64,000 nt of DNA, from assembly GCA_965644315.1 (NCBI GenBank), contig CBFFRQ010000198.1:1-64000 (forward strand). Reading direction: 5' to 3'. A program made the translations under genes and the position numbers. Under the pieces are notes generated by a model. It did no database searches and was not told where the DNA came from. It saw nothing but the letters and a program-made list of their open reading frames with translations. The stretch comes from Caecitellus pseudoparvulus (Eukaryota > Protista > Bigyra: Bicosoecida). This document shows positions 11,626 through 20,750 of this stretch, piece by piece (the stretch's first letter is position 1; each line of letters opens with the position of its first letter).

Positions 11626-13507
11626 ATGTCTCAATATAGAAAAAGTTAAAGTTAATGGACAGCCCGAATCGTCCAACCTCAAGCTCAAGATATGCCGTAA
11701 ATGAAGGAGCAGTAAGTATCTACGTCAATACATCCAATTTCCAGGCTGCCACTGCTTCTAGTTCTTCACGTGCTTCTTGCAATATTACTGCACCTAATCA
11801 GCAATACGTTTATGGACCGTAATCTTGCCAGTAAGTGTTGATATTATGCGGTAAAATTACTGCTACAATTACCACTAAAGATGGTAATCCCGCAGCCTTT
11901 CCAGTAGGATACCCAGGAAAACCCAGGTTTAACAGGACTGCCAGTTTTTACCCCCGGTGATTCTATCGCCCCCGCTGCTTATCCTTTCCAATCTTGTATG
12001 AGCACCACCACCGCAAACTATTAATAATTCCACAGTCTTCCGTGAATTCTTCAAGATGTAATTTATGAAATTCTTAAAATGTCAGCTTCTAAAAGATAAT
12101 CATAAAAGCAAGAACAACACCTTCAATGCTTGATAAATACGTCTCATTATAATGACAGCACGCACACTTTCTAACAGTCAGTATTGAAAGGATATCAAGA
12201 CAGCTTTAAATAATGATAATGTGCCAAATGGTGCTTTTCAAGGTTTTCAATGGGTTAAAGAAAATGGAGAACCTGCCGTAGCTGCTGATTATCAATGGCA
12301 AACACAAACAGGAACCGCCGTTTCTTGGAGTCAAACCGTATATTTTAAACTAACCGTCACGGAAAACTTAATTTTAAGTCCTTTCATTTTTAATGAATCT
12401 CAAGAAGATAACGTAGGCTTATACGGTTTAAATAACATTAAATTAATGTTTAATGTTGGCGATGTTTCAAGAATGCTAAGATATACCACAAACCATAATT
12501 TATTAAATGATTGGAATTTCTCATATTCTCCCGTAAGCTTAAACGGTCAAGAACCTTTTAAAAATGCCGTTATTAATTGCACTTTTAGAACACCAAGTTT
12601 AAGTCTACCTTTACCAACTCGATCTATCGTGCCTTATATGGAATATCCCCGCTATATTACTACTACCGGGGCTAATATTGCTGATGGTTCAAGTGCTTCA
12701 CTAACAAGCCAAACCATAACACTTTCTCAAATTCCTGATTTACTCTTAATTTATGCTAAACCTAATTTATCAGGTAATAACACATTAGGCGACCATTATT
12801 TACCCGTTAAAAAAATTTCTATGAATTTTATGAATGTAGCCGGTATTTTATCAAGTCATACCAAAGAGCAATTATTCCACATTTCACAAAATAACGGCTT
12901 AGATATGGACTGGAACGAATACTGCGGCGAAGCCTGGACCGACCAAATCGCAACCGCAACTACTGGCGGTATTCCTGCTTCTAATGGTAAAGTTTCATTA
13001 TGTGGTGGCTTCCTCGTTTTACGTCCTGGGGTTGACTTTGCTTTACCTGCTGGAGTTGCTAGTGGTTGTGGCGGAAATTTCAACCTTCAATATACCGTTG
13101 AAGTAGAAAATAAAAGCGGTCGTGCCGTTCAATCTCCTACATTATACACAATGGCTGTTAATAGTGGTTTCTTTGTTTCTGAAAACGGGCAATCAGCAAT
13201 TACAACCGCTCCATTAAACGAACAAGACGTAATCCAAGCACCTATTGAAGGCGACACAATGTCATTAAAACGATATGTTGGCGGTAGTTTCTGGGATAAA
13301 GTAAACTCAGGATTAAAAAAAATAACAAATCATGAAGCTTATAAAATGGCTTCTAAACTTGGAAAATCTGCTTTACGTGATGTAGGTATGGAAGGAAAAG
13401 TAGCAGCCGACGTTTTAGATAAATTGGGATTAGGTGTAAATACAGGAGGTGGAAAAACTACAGGTGGAAGAAGACGAAAAAATAACCTTCAAAATTTATT
13501 AAGTTAA
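11626..13507 (+). CDS. Virophage double jelly-roll major capsid protein; 5' ~600 nt frameshifted, 12221-13507 intact
   Basis: ENLILSPF, GLYGLNN, YMEYPRY, SQTITLSQIPDLLLIY, EQLFHISQNNGL, GNFNLQ, NSGFFVSENG; C-terminal YVGG site followed by an amphipathic/basic tail. Confidence 0.92.
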
Positions 13508-13573
13508 ATAATTTAATTTATTGTTTAAGAAATATTAAATAATAAAAAAAATAATATATATTATATTAATAAC

Positions 13574-15475
13574 ATGTATAATAACGCAAAATATCAATAT
13601 GAAATGAATAAATTAGAAGTGTATAGCGAACCTGAAACAAATGCAAACGTTGCGAGATTAAAAGAAGCCACTAATTATTTTTCAACTGCGGGGACTGCTT
13701 ACGGAACTCAAGACACTATAAACGCAAACACCAATTTTAAAGCTATGTTCTTTACACAACCTCTAAAAGATGTTTTAAAAGCTCCAGACGATAGGGGGTC
13801 ATATTCACGATTAAGCTTAAATTATTATTGCGAAATTGAAACAACACTAAACGAACAATTAAATTTAAATGTCAGGTTAGATTATTACGATAAAGACGAA
13901 AATTATATTTCCTCTAGCAATGAAGCCGATATTTTAAACACAGACCATTTAATAGATATTCAAATAGTAGGGGACGCCTTACAATTTCCAGCGAATACAA
14001 AATATATTTATTTGGCAGCTAAAAATAACGCAAATTTTAACACTACATTTAAATTTAAACATGCAACGGCTAAAACTTCAACCGCTCAAGAAGTATTATT
14101 AGCAGACCCGCCCACTAATTCAAATCGTTTATTTGTGATACTCGGTAACTCGACGCAAGGCACTCCTGCTCCAATACCCCCATCTAATCCATCATATGAA
14201 ACCGTCACCCTTGATAAAGCCTCTAACCCTTCTTTAATCTTTGATAATGGTTCATCAACAATGGATTTAACATATAATAGCGATGATGAATTAAATATTA
14301 ACGGAAATTTAGGATTTGGAGGGACTGAAGTTTTACTAAATCAAGACGATAATAATAAAATTTTAACTTTATCAGCTAAAAACGCCTCAACCGCTCAATT
14401 TAGAATTGGAAACGACCCAAATAAACAATTAACTTATTTTTATGAAACAGGGGCAATTTATCTGAGTCCTAGTTGTCGTATTTTTCAAACTGATACCGCT
14501 TTTAATGATGATTGTTTAACCAATAAAAAATATGTTGATGATGAAATAACTAATAATTGTGTCCAACTTACAGGAAATCAAAGCATAGCAGGAAATAAGA
14601 CATTTTCAGGAATTACAAGCATAGAAGCTTTGCTAGATATGAATAATAATAAAATTGAAAATGTAGCGACCCCAACTATAGGAACTGATGGAGCTAATAA
14701 AGCTTATGTTGATAGTGTGGCAGGTGGTAGCAGTTTTAATAATAATATTAATTTGAATGGTAATAATATTGAAGATGTAGGAGAGATTCAAGCCGATAAA
14801 TTAACGTTAATTCGTCCGGATGGTTCTTTGGTTTCATATTGGATAGAACAATTAAGCAACGAAACAAGATACGTTAATATGAGTGGTGGTAGCAGTTCAG
14901 AACACGCCTTTTATTGTAATAATTCAGGTGGAGCGGTTCAGCGTTTTTCAGTTTCTAACACAGAACTTAAAACAAATGTTAAATTAGATATGGGCAATAG
15001 AAATATTGAATGGTTAAAAGATGCTACAACACAATATCACGCCCCAAATTACGGGCAATTATTAGAAAGAACGGCAAAATTTCAAAGTTATAAAATAGCT
15101 CTTAATGATGTTTTCACCGCTAACACTTGGAAAACATTTGTTATGGATGATGTTATCCCCGTTGAATCATACCAAACAGGAACATATATTTTAAGTGCTA
15201 CTATAAATTTAGTAATTGATGGACCAGGACAAACAACAGCAGTTGTATTTGGTAGAATGACCGTTCCTAATTCTGCTTCAGGTGAGGATAACACAATCGG
15301 GCGAATATTTATGGAAGCTGAAGCAGCTAAAAATTACGGACAAATTACATTATCTAGAGTTATGACGGTATCTTCGGCGGGTAATTTTCCTATGTGGCAT
15401 GTGGCAGTCAAAAGTGATATAAATGAAAATATAGACGTTGAAATAACATATAAAATGGATAGAATATCAAATTAA
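13574..15475 (+). CDS. Fibre / receptor-binding-like protein
   Basis: Tail-fibre-type motifs LTNKKYVD, VQLTGNQSIAGNKTF, LDMNNNKIENVATPT..DGANKAYVD, LDMGNRNI; beta-rich C-terminal head. Confidence 0.65.
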   Translation: MYNNAKYQYEMNKLEVYSEPETNANVARLKEATNYFSTAGTAYGTQDTINANTNFKAMFFTQPLKDVLKAPDDRGSYSRLSLNYYCEIETTLNEQLNLNVRLDYYDKDENYISSSNEADILNTDHLIDIQIVGDALQFPANTKYIYLAAKNNANFNTTFKFKHATAKTSTAQEVLLADPPTNSNRLFVILGNSTQGTPAPIPPSNPSYETVTLDKASNPSLIFDNGSSTMDLTYNSDDELNINGNLGFGGTEVLLNQDDNNKILTLSAKNASTAQFRIGNDPNKQLTYFYETGAIYLSPSCRIFQTDTAFNDDCLTNKKYVDDEITNNCVQLTGNQSIAGNKTFSGITSIEALLDMNNNKIENVATPTIGTDGANKAYVDSVAGGSSFNNNINLNGNNIEDVGEIQADKLTLIRPDGSLVSYWIEQLSNETRYVNMSGGSSSEHAFYCNNSGGAVQRFSVSNTELKTNVKLDMGNRNIEWLKDATTQYHAPNYGQLLERTAKFQSYKIALNDVFTANTWKTFVMDDVIPVESYQTGTYILSATINLVIDGPGQTTAVVFGRMTVPNSASGEDNTIGRIFMEAEAAKNYGQITLSRVMTVSSAGNFPMWHVAVKSDINENIDVEITYKMDRISN

Positions 15476-15493
15476 ATTATATATGTTTTTATA

Positions 15494-15766
15494 ATGATTA
15501 TTGATATTAAAAAAAGTAATAGAAAAAATAAACGTTTCGTCGCTATATTTCATGATGGAACTAAAGCACATTTTGGATATAATGGAGGAGAAACATATAT
15601 AGACCATAAAGACAAAAGAAAACGTGAAAATTACAGAAAAAGACACAAAAAAGATTTATTAACGTATGACCCTAAAAGACCAGGTTATTTATCATTCTTT
15701 TTATTATGGGGTGATGATGATAATTTAAAAGATGCCGTTAAAACATATAATGAAATGTTTTTTTAA
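15494..15766 (+). CDS. Tlr6F-like small conserved protein of Polinton-like viruses, virophages and giant viruses
   Basis: KKSNRKNKRF...HFG...YIDHKDKRKRENYRKRH...PGYLSFFLLWG pattern. Confidence 0.7.
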   Translation: MIIDIKKSNRKNKRFVAIFHDGTKAHFGYNGGETYIDHKDKRKRENYRKRHKKDLLTYDPKRPGYLSFFLLWGDDDNLKDAVKTYNEMFF

Positions 15767-15825
15767 AACAAAAATAATTTATTAAAGACGGCGGATAAAA
15801 AATAAAAATCTCTAGTATAATATAT

Positions 15826-16389
15826 ATGAATTTAGAAAGCGGATTAATGCTAGGGGGTGCTTTAGTATCCTTAGGAGTGTAAAGCTCTTATAATTGCTGG
15901 AAAAATGGAAGAGCTAAAAAATTTAAGGCGGTCAAATTTGGGGCTGTTGTTATGAGTTGTAAAACTGGAAAAAGTAGAATGTGTGAAAAATTAAAAGGCA
16001 ATAATAAAGTGCTTTTAGTCGACGTCGGTGAAAGTGTAGAACGTGAAAACGGGGTTAATTCAAATGTTAATTATTTAGTAAAAGCTAAAGAATACGTTGA
16101 TAAATTAAGAAAAGATTTAAAAGACCATTCTTTATTATTGGTTGTTTCTTCAATTGCTGAGGCTAAATTTTTGGGTTGTGATGATAAAGCCATCGTATGT
16201 TTAACCCCCTCTAATGATTTATTTAGAAAAATCACAGAAAATGTCCCAGCTGCTGAATTAAAAAAAGTTGAAGCCGACAGAATGGATTTAATCAGCAGTT
16301 GCGGTCAGGATTTATTAAATATCTTTGATAGTTTTGATAATTTATATAATGTTATACGAACCACATTCAAATTATCTAACAAGTTCTAA
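15826..16389 (+). CDS. Putative membrane-anchored P-loop-like protein, interrupted by in-frame TAA at 15880-15882
   Basis: TCTA promoter precedes ATG 15826, in frame with ORF 15952. Hydrophobic GLMLGGALVSLGV, then AVVMSCKTGKS and LLVD. Confidence 0.5.
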
Positions 16390-16516
16390 AAAAAAATAAT
16401 AAGGTTTATTATTAAGACGCTCTAAAGGTGTTAAATAAAAAAGTAAAAAACAAAATAAGAGACAAAATATAAAACCTGATATTAAATATATTTTCATAAT
16501 GTCTATAAAAATATAT

Positions 16517-16978
16517 TTATATTTTAATCTTTTCAATTGGTTTTAGTTCTGTTATGGGTATTTCTAAATGAATTTTATTTATACCTCTATCATGCCTACA
16601 AATGTTTTTTTTATTGAATGTATTAAATATTTTTGATTTATATTTAATATAATATAAACCATCGCTGAAATTAAATAAGAAATAAAAACGTTTATTAGGA
16701 TGTTCTAATTTAGCAGCTTTTATATGTCTTATCTTTTCAATGTTTATTATTGTTGTTGGGTATTTGTTATATGTATTATTTCGGCTCTTCAACTCTATAT
16801 TATATTTTCCGTCTTTTGTTATAAAGTCAAAATGATTAAAAAAATCAGTTGTTTTGTAAAATTTGTTTTTGGTTATTTTATTAAGTCTTTTTAATACTTG
16901 ATGTTCTTTATTAAATCCTTCATCTCTTGATTTTCTTAAACTATTTATATATTTTTGAGTCGGTTTTGTAAAATCCAT
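16517..16978 (-). CDS. PD-(D/E)xK superfamily nuclease
   Basis: E...HFDF...IELKSR motif; TCTA upstream. Confidence 0.7.
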   Translation of the reverse strand: MDFTKPTQKYINSLRKSRDEGFNKEHQVLKRLNKITKNKFYKTTDFFNHFDFITKDGKYNIELKSRNNTYNKYPTTIINIEKIRHIKAAKLEHPNKRFYFLFNFSDGLYYIKYKSKIFNTFNKKNICRHDRGINKIHLEIPITELKPIEKIKI

Positions 16979-17010
16979 ATTATCATGACTTAGAAAATAT
17001 ATTTAATGAT

Positions 17011-18069
17011 TTATTTTTTCTTAGAGTTTTTTTTATATTTTTTCACTAAATCAGGAACCTGAGAATTTATGCGTTTGGCTTCTTCGTATGTTTGCTCTTT
17101 GTATCCCTTCCATTTTATACGATAATATTTTTTATTCTTAATCTTTTTCTCTCCTGTTATCTTCTCTACTTCATAGCGTTTATTATCTTCTATTTCTTCT
17201 GGTTTATCTTGTTCTTTTGGATTATATAAAAGTTGATTTCGTGTGTATCCTGTATTATCTATACCTTCAATAGTATATATTGGCGGTTGTCCTGGTGTAA
17301 TTAAAACACCTTCTATTTTTCTTAGTTTGTTTTCATATCTAAAATCACCCGTTCTAAATAATGTTCCGTGTAATCTTTTACCGTCTATATTTTGTGGATA
17401 GTCTAAAATAATTTTTACTAAATCTCCACGTTTCAATATGTCTTTTGGTATATATGGCATTTTGAAAAATTCTTTAATTCCTATTTTTGGTCGTTTTAAT
17501 ATTATTTCATTATATAATTTCATGATTTGCGGGATAGTTTCTACCCATTCTTTATTTTCTTGTTTATGGATGAGTTCAAAATTTTTTTGTTTCAGTGCTA
17601 TAATACGCCCTAACGTTTTATTTAATGCTTCAACAACTGCTGTTTGCCTATGTCTTGCAACTCTTGAATTTTTCAACGTCGCATTATCTGAACTCTCAAA
17701 ATATTTTTTAACATCCCCTTTACATTCTTTGCCATCATCTGTTTTAAATATCACGGATGGAGGGTTTAAATATTTTCGTTTCCATATTCTCTTTAACGCT
17801 TTCAATACGGTTTTGCTTTCTTTATTTTTTAATGGCTCAGCATCTGCGGCTTTTGTTGCTACATCTACCACAACTAATAAATATTTATAGCCTTTATCCT
17901 CTGGTAAAAATAATAAATCACCTTGTTGAATACTATCTTTAATTAATGCTTTATGTTTTGGTATCTCTTCGCCTTTATCTTTCTTTGGAGGTTTGGTTAA
18001 TGTTGTTAATTCTGATTTTTTAGAATCTTTAAAAATTTTCAATTCTTCCAAAATCTTATCTGATATCAT
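17011..18069 (-). CDS. Retroviral-type (rve) DDE integrase with C-terminal chromodomain
   Basis: QGDLL, YKYLLVVVDVAT, KTDDGKE, VEALNKTL; chromodomain YEVEKITGEK...YYRIKWKGY. ORF intact. Confidence 0.92.
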   Translation of the reverse strand: MISDKILEELKIFKDSKKSELTTLTKPPKKDKGEEIPKHKALIKDSIQQGDLLFLPEDKGYKYLLVVVDVATKAADAEPLKNKESKTVLKALKRIWKRKYLNPPSVIFKTDDGKECKGDVKKYFESSDNATLKNSRVARHRQTAVVEALNKTLGRIIALKQKNFELIHKQENKEWVETIPQIMKLYNEIILKRPKIGIKEFFKMPYIPKDILKRGDLVKIILDYPQNIDGKRLHGTLFRTGDFRYENKLRKIEGVLITPGQPPIYTIEGIDNTGYTRNQLLYNPKEQDKPEEIEDNKRYEVEKITGEKKIKNKKYYRIKWKGYKEQTYEEAKRINSQVPDLVKKYKKNSKKK

Positions 18070-18102
18070 TAATAATATATAGATTAATATATTATTAGTA
18101 AT

Positions 18103-18654
18103 TTAAAATTTATGGTCTGGGTATTCCTCTTTTAAGTATTTAATTAAATCTTCTTTTGTTTCATATCTGGTATAAAATCCATTGTTCTTAATTCTGGTTA
18201 TCATTTTAATAAAAAACTCATCTTTTAATAATTCTTTTAATTCATATGATACCGTTTTTATATTTTTTGGTAGCTTGGGTAATATCTGAGATTTTAAAAT
18301 ATAATGTTGTTGAACGAAAGCCTCCGGGCAGTTTGTCCCTAGTGTATCAATAATAAATTGTCTCTTGGATAAATCATCAATATATAAATTTATAACTTCT
18401 AATAAATCTATTAATTGTTCGAATGTTTTAATTTTATTTTTAATGTCTTCTGTTTCTGCTTCAACTTCTAATTTAACTTTTTCTAAATTCTCTAATTTGG
18501 TTTCTTTTCTGATTTTTATAGATGGTTCATTAAATATTGAGTAATAAAAGAAATACGAATAATCCTCAATTTTACAAAATTTATTAATTAATGAGTGATA
18601 AGAATTCAACTCCCTCTTATGAATTGTTAATAATGTCTTTAGACTTTTTGTCAT
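18103..18654 (-). CDS. Hypothetical viral protein
   Basis: 183-aa ORF in AT-rich DNA with upstream TCTA; no recognised motif. Confidence 0.6.
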   Translation of the reverse strand: MTKSLKTLLTIHKRELNSYHSLINKFCKIEDYSYFFYYSIFNEPSIKIRKETKLENLEKVKLEVEAETEDIKNKIKTFEQLIDLLEVINLYIDDLSKRQFIIDTLGTNCPEAFVQQHYILKSQILPKLPKNIKTVSYELKELLKDEFFIKMITRIKNNGFYTRYETKEDLIKYLKEEYPDHKF

Positions 18655-18838
18655 TATATATACTTAGAATATTTATTTTTTAAATTATTTTTTAGATTTA
18701 AATAAATTAGTTTTAAGAAAAAAATAATCTAGAGCTTTTTAATATATCAAGATGTAATTTATATAATGTATTAAATCAACGTTGTATCATAAGCCATAAT
18801 ATCCATTCATTTTATAAATATTAATTATCAAATAATAT

Positions 18839-19375
18839 TTATAAAAATTCATCTTTTGAGACTGTTTCAAATAATCCTAATCTTTCGGCATTGTCTGGAT
18901 GATATACAACCGGTATTAATTCATCTAAAACATTTTTATATTTCCTTTTGTGTTTTTCTTTATGTCTTAGAATTTTTATATATTCTTTTAATGTATTTGA
19001 AGACCATTTAAAATGTGGAACTACTGATATTAAATCAGAAAAGAAACAATCTTTCTTTTCTATTCCTTCTGCACTCCATTCCTTATCGGGATATTTAAAA
19101 ATCCAATCAATACTAAAATATTTAAATTTATGAAATATCTTAAAATTTAAATAACCATCATTATACTTATCTATTAGTTCTATTGTTAATCCTGATTTTT
19201 TTATATTCTTAATATCTTCAATTGTTATTTTTGAATTATCAGCCCCTTTTAATCTTGTAATTTCAATAAATTTCTCTCTTACACATTCTATATTGCCACA
19301 ACAACTTAATAAAATATCATCTTCTATGTTATTACAGGTTATAATATCATAATATAAATTAAAATCAATATTCAT
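18839..19375 (-). CDS. Hypothetical protein resembling giant-virus PDKxW-repeat families
   Basis: KYPDKEWS, PHFKWS and terminal ELIPVVYHPDN; upstream ATGTTTAAAGA and TCTA. Confidence 0.55.
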   Translation of the reverse strand: MNIDFNLYYDIITCNNIEDDILLSCCGNIECVREKFIEITRLKGADNSKITIEDIKNIKKSGLTIELIDKYNDGYLNFKIFHKFKYFSIDWIFKYPDKEWSAEGIEKKDCFFSDLISVVPHFKWSSNTLKEYIKILRHKEKHKRKYKNVLDELIPVVYHPDNAERLGLFETVSKDEFL

Positions 19376-19446
19376 TATAGACCTATATAAAATAAAAATC
19401 TTTAAACATTTATATAATATCTTGAAATATATTGTTGATTACTTCT

Positions 19447-20097
19447 TTATTTGCTTTTTTGTTTGCTTTTTTTGTCTTTATTTGCTTCTCTGTATTTTTT
19501 TTGATACTCTATATTCTTTTCTTTATTGACTTCCCTATATGCTTTTATTTTGTCTTTATTTGCTTCTCTGTATTTTTTTTGATACTCTATATTCTTTTCT
19601 TTGTTGGCTTCCCTGTATTTTTTCATTTTATCTTTGTTTGCTTCCCTGTATGCTCTTTCTCGTTCTTTAACTTTTTCTTTGTTTGCTTTATTATATTCAT
19701 TTTGATATTCCTTTTTTTTTTCTTTATTTAGTTCATAATACCGTTTTTTTTTTTCTTTTATTGTATCTTTATTCGCTTCATAATATGCTTTATACTTTTC
19801 TTTATTGGCTTTGTTATATTCTTTCATTGTTCTTCCTGGTATATTTTTATTTACACATTCCATTTTTTCAATATAATATCGTTCTCTTGCGTGTAATTCC
19901 TCTTTACTTTGACACGGGTATTTTTCAATTAAAATAATATCAAAATCATCATAATTAGCTAATTCTTTTGACATACAAGAATTTTTATTTATTTTATGTT
20001 GATGTTTTCTCTTGGATAATCTCTGAGTTGTTGAACCAATGTAAATTTTTCCACCTCCTACAAGCTTATATATTTTTCCGTCGTTGTAATTAACCAT
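19447..20097 (-). CDS. GIY-YIG endonuclease with C-terminal basic helical repeats
   Basis: GKIYKL...IYIGST..LSKR...ELHARERYYI; repeats KKYREANKDK. Confidence 0.85.
   Translation of the reverse strand: MVNYNDGKIYKLVGGGKIYIGSTTQRLSKRKHQHKINKNSCMSKELANYDDFDIILIEKYPCQSKEELHARERYYIEKMECVNKNIPGRTMKEYNKANKEKYKAYYEANKDTIKEKKKRYYELNKEKKKEYQNEYNKANKEKVKERERAYREANKDKMKKYREANKEKNIEYQKKYREANKDKIKAYREVNKEKNIEYQKKYREANKDKKSKQKSK
19470..19650 (-). repeat. 78-bp tandem duplication inside the GIY-YIG gene (26-aa unit)
   Basis: KKYREANKEKNIEYQKKYREANKDKIKAYREVNKEKNIEYQKKYREANKDK; near-identical DNA units. Confidence 0.8.
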
Positions 20098-20140
20098 TTT
20101 ATTAGAATAGTATATACTGTTCTTTTTAAGTCGTTTTTAT

Positions 20141-20750
20141 GTGTTTTTTATTATATATTCGCACACGCCCCACGCTATGTCTGATTTAGTGTTTAAGTGA
20201 TTTAGTGATTAAGTGTTAAGGGTTATAATGGATTTAGTGTTAAATGATATATGAATAAGTGATTTACAATGTATCTTTTTATTTTGTCATTTCGCCTCCT
20301 TTGATTGTTTCTAAAATAGGGTAATTGGATGGATGGTTGATTGCTTCAATTTTGTTTTGACTGATTGTTGATGAAGTGTTAAGAATAGTCTCAGAAAAAA
20401 TATATATATATATATTTATTATATTTTTTATATTATTTCTATTTATTGTAGTGATAACCCTTAAGATAACACTTATAAAATAGTAGTAAAAAGTAAGTAA
20501 AAAATATATTAAAGGGTTTATAAGTGATTGTTTTTATAGGGATAGTGTCTAATAAGTGTTATAGATATAATATAAATATATCTAAGAATGGTATTTATAA
20601 ATAAAGTCTAAAAATATAGTATAAAAATATATCTGTTTTTAGTCGCAAACTGCGGCAGCAGTTGAGACATATCGCTCATAAATTCATTTATGGATTTATA
20701 GTCCCCCGTCGGAAACCGGCCCGGGATAATGGGGGAAGTTGAATTGTGAA
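20141..20750 (-). repeat. Right terminal inverted repeat (~0.6 kb, outer limit uncertain)
   Basis: First 40 bp match 1-40 inverted. Non-coding AT-rich sequence with short (tga/g)tttagtg/ttaagtg repeats at 20182-20245 runs on until host-like GC content begins. Confidence 0.75.

Larger units (their letters stand above)
1..20750. mobile_element. Endogenous (integrated) virophage, ~21 kb, with TIRs; left end cut off by the window start, right junction approximate (20700-20900)
   Basis: Abrupt AT-rich to GC-rich transition at ~20.7 kb. Exact 40-bp inverted repeat (1-40 vs 20141-20180). Complete virophage morphogenesis set (ATPase, protease, penton, MCP) plus pPolB, SF3 helicase and rve integrase. 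No introns. Confidence 0.93.

Noticed and set aside
5400-12220. Alternative genetic code or programmed frameshifting to explain the broken ORFs
   Set aside because: The breaks are numerous irregular indels, and neighbouring genes translate cleanly with the standard code.
17438-17890. Plus-strand ORFs within integrase and GIY-YIG genes (also 19432-19937)
   Set aside because: Antisense Phe-rich shadows of Lys-rich genes.
19470-20245. CRISPR-like or spacer array
   Set aside because: The repeats are coding tandem duplications or short TIR microrepeats without unique spacers.
1-20750. Classical Polinton/Maverick or Polinton-like virus
   Set aside because: pPolB and integrase fit, but the MCP and penton motifs and MCP size (~620 aa) are virophage-type.
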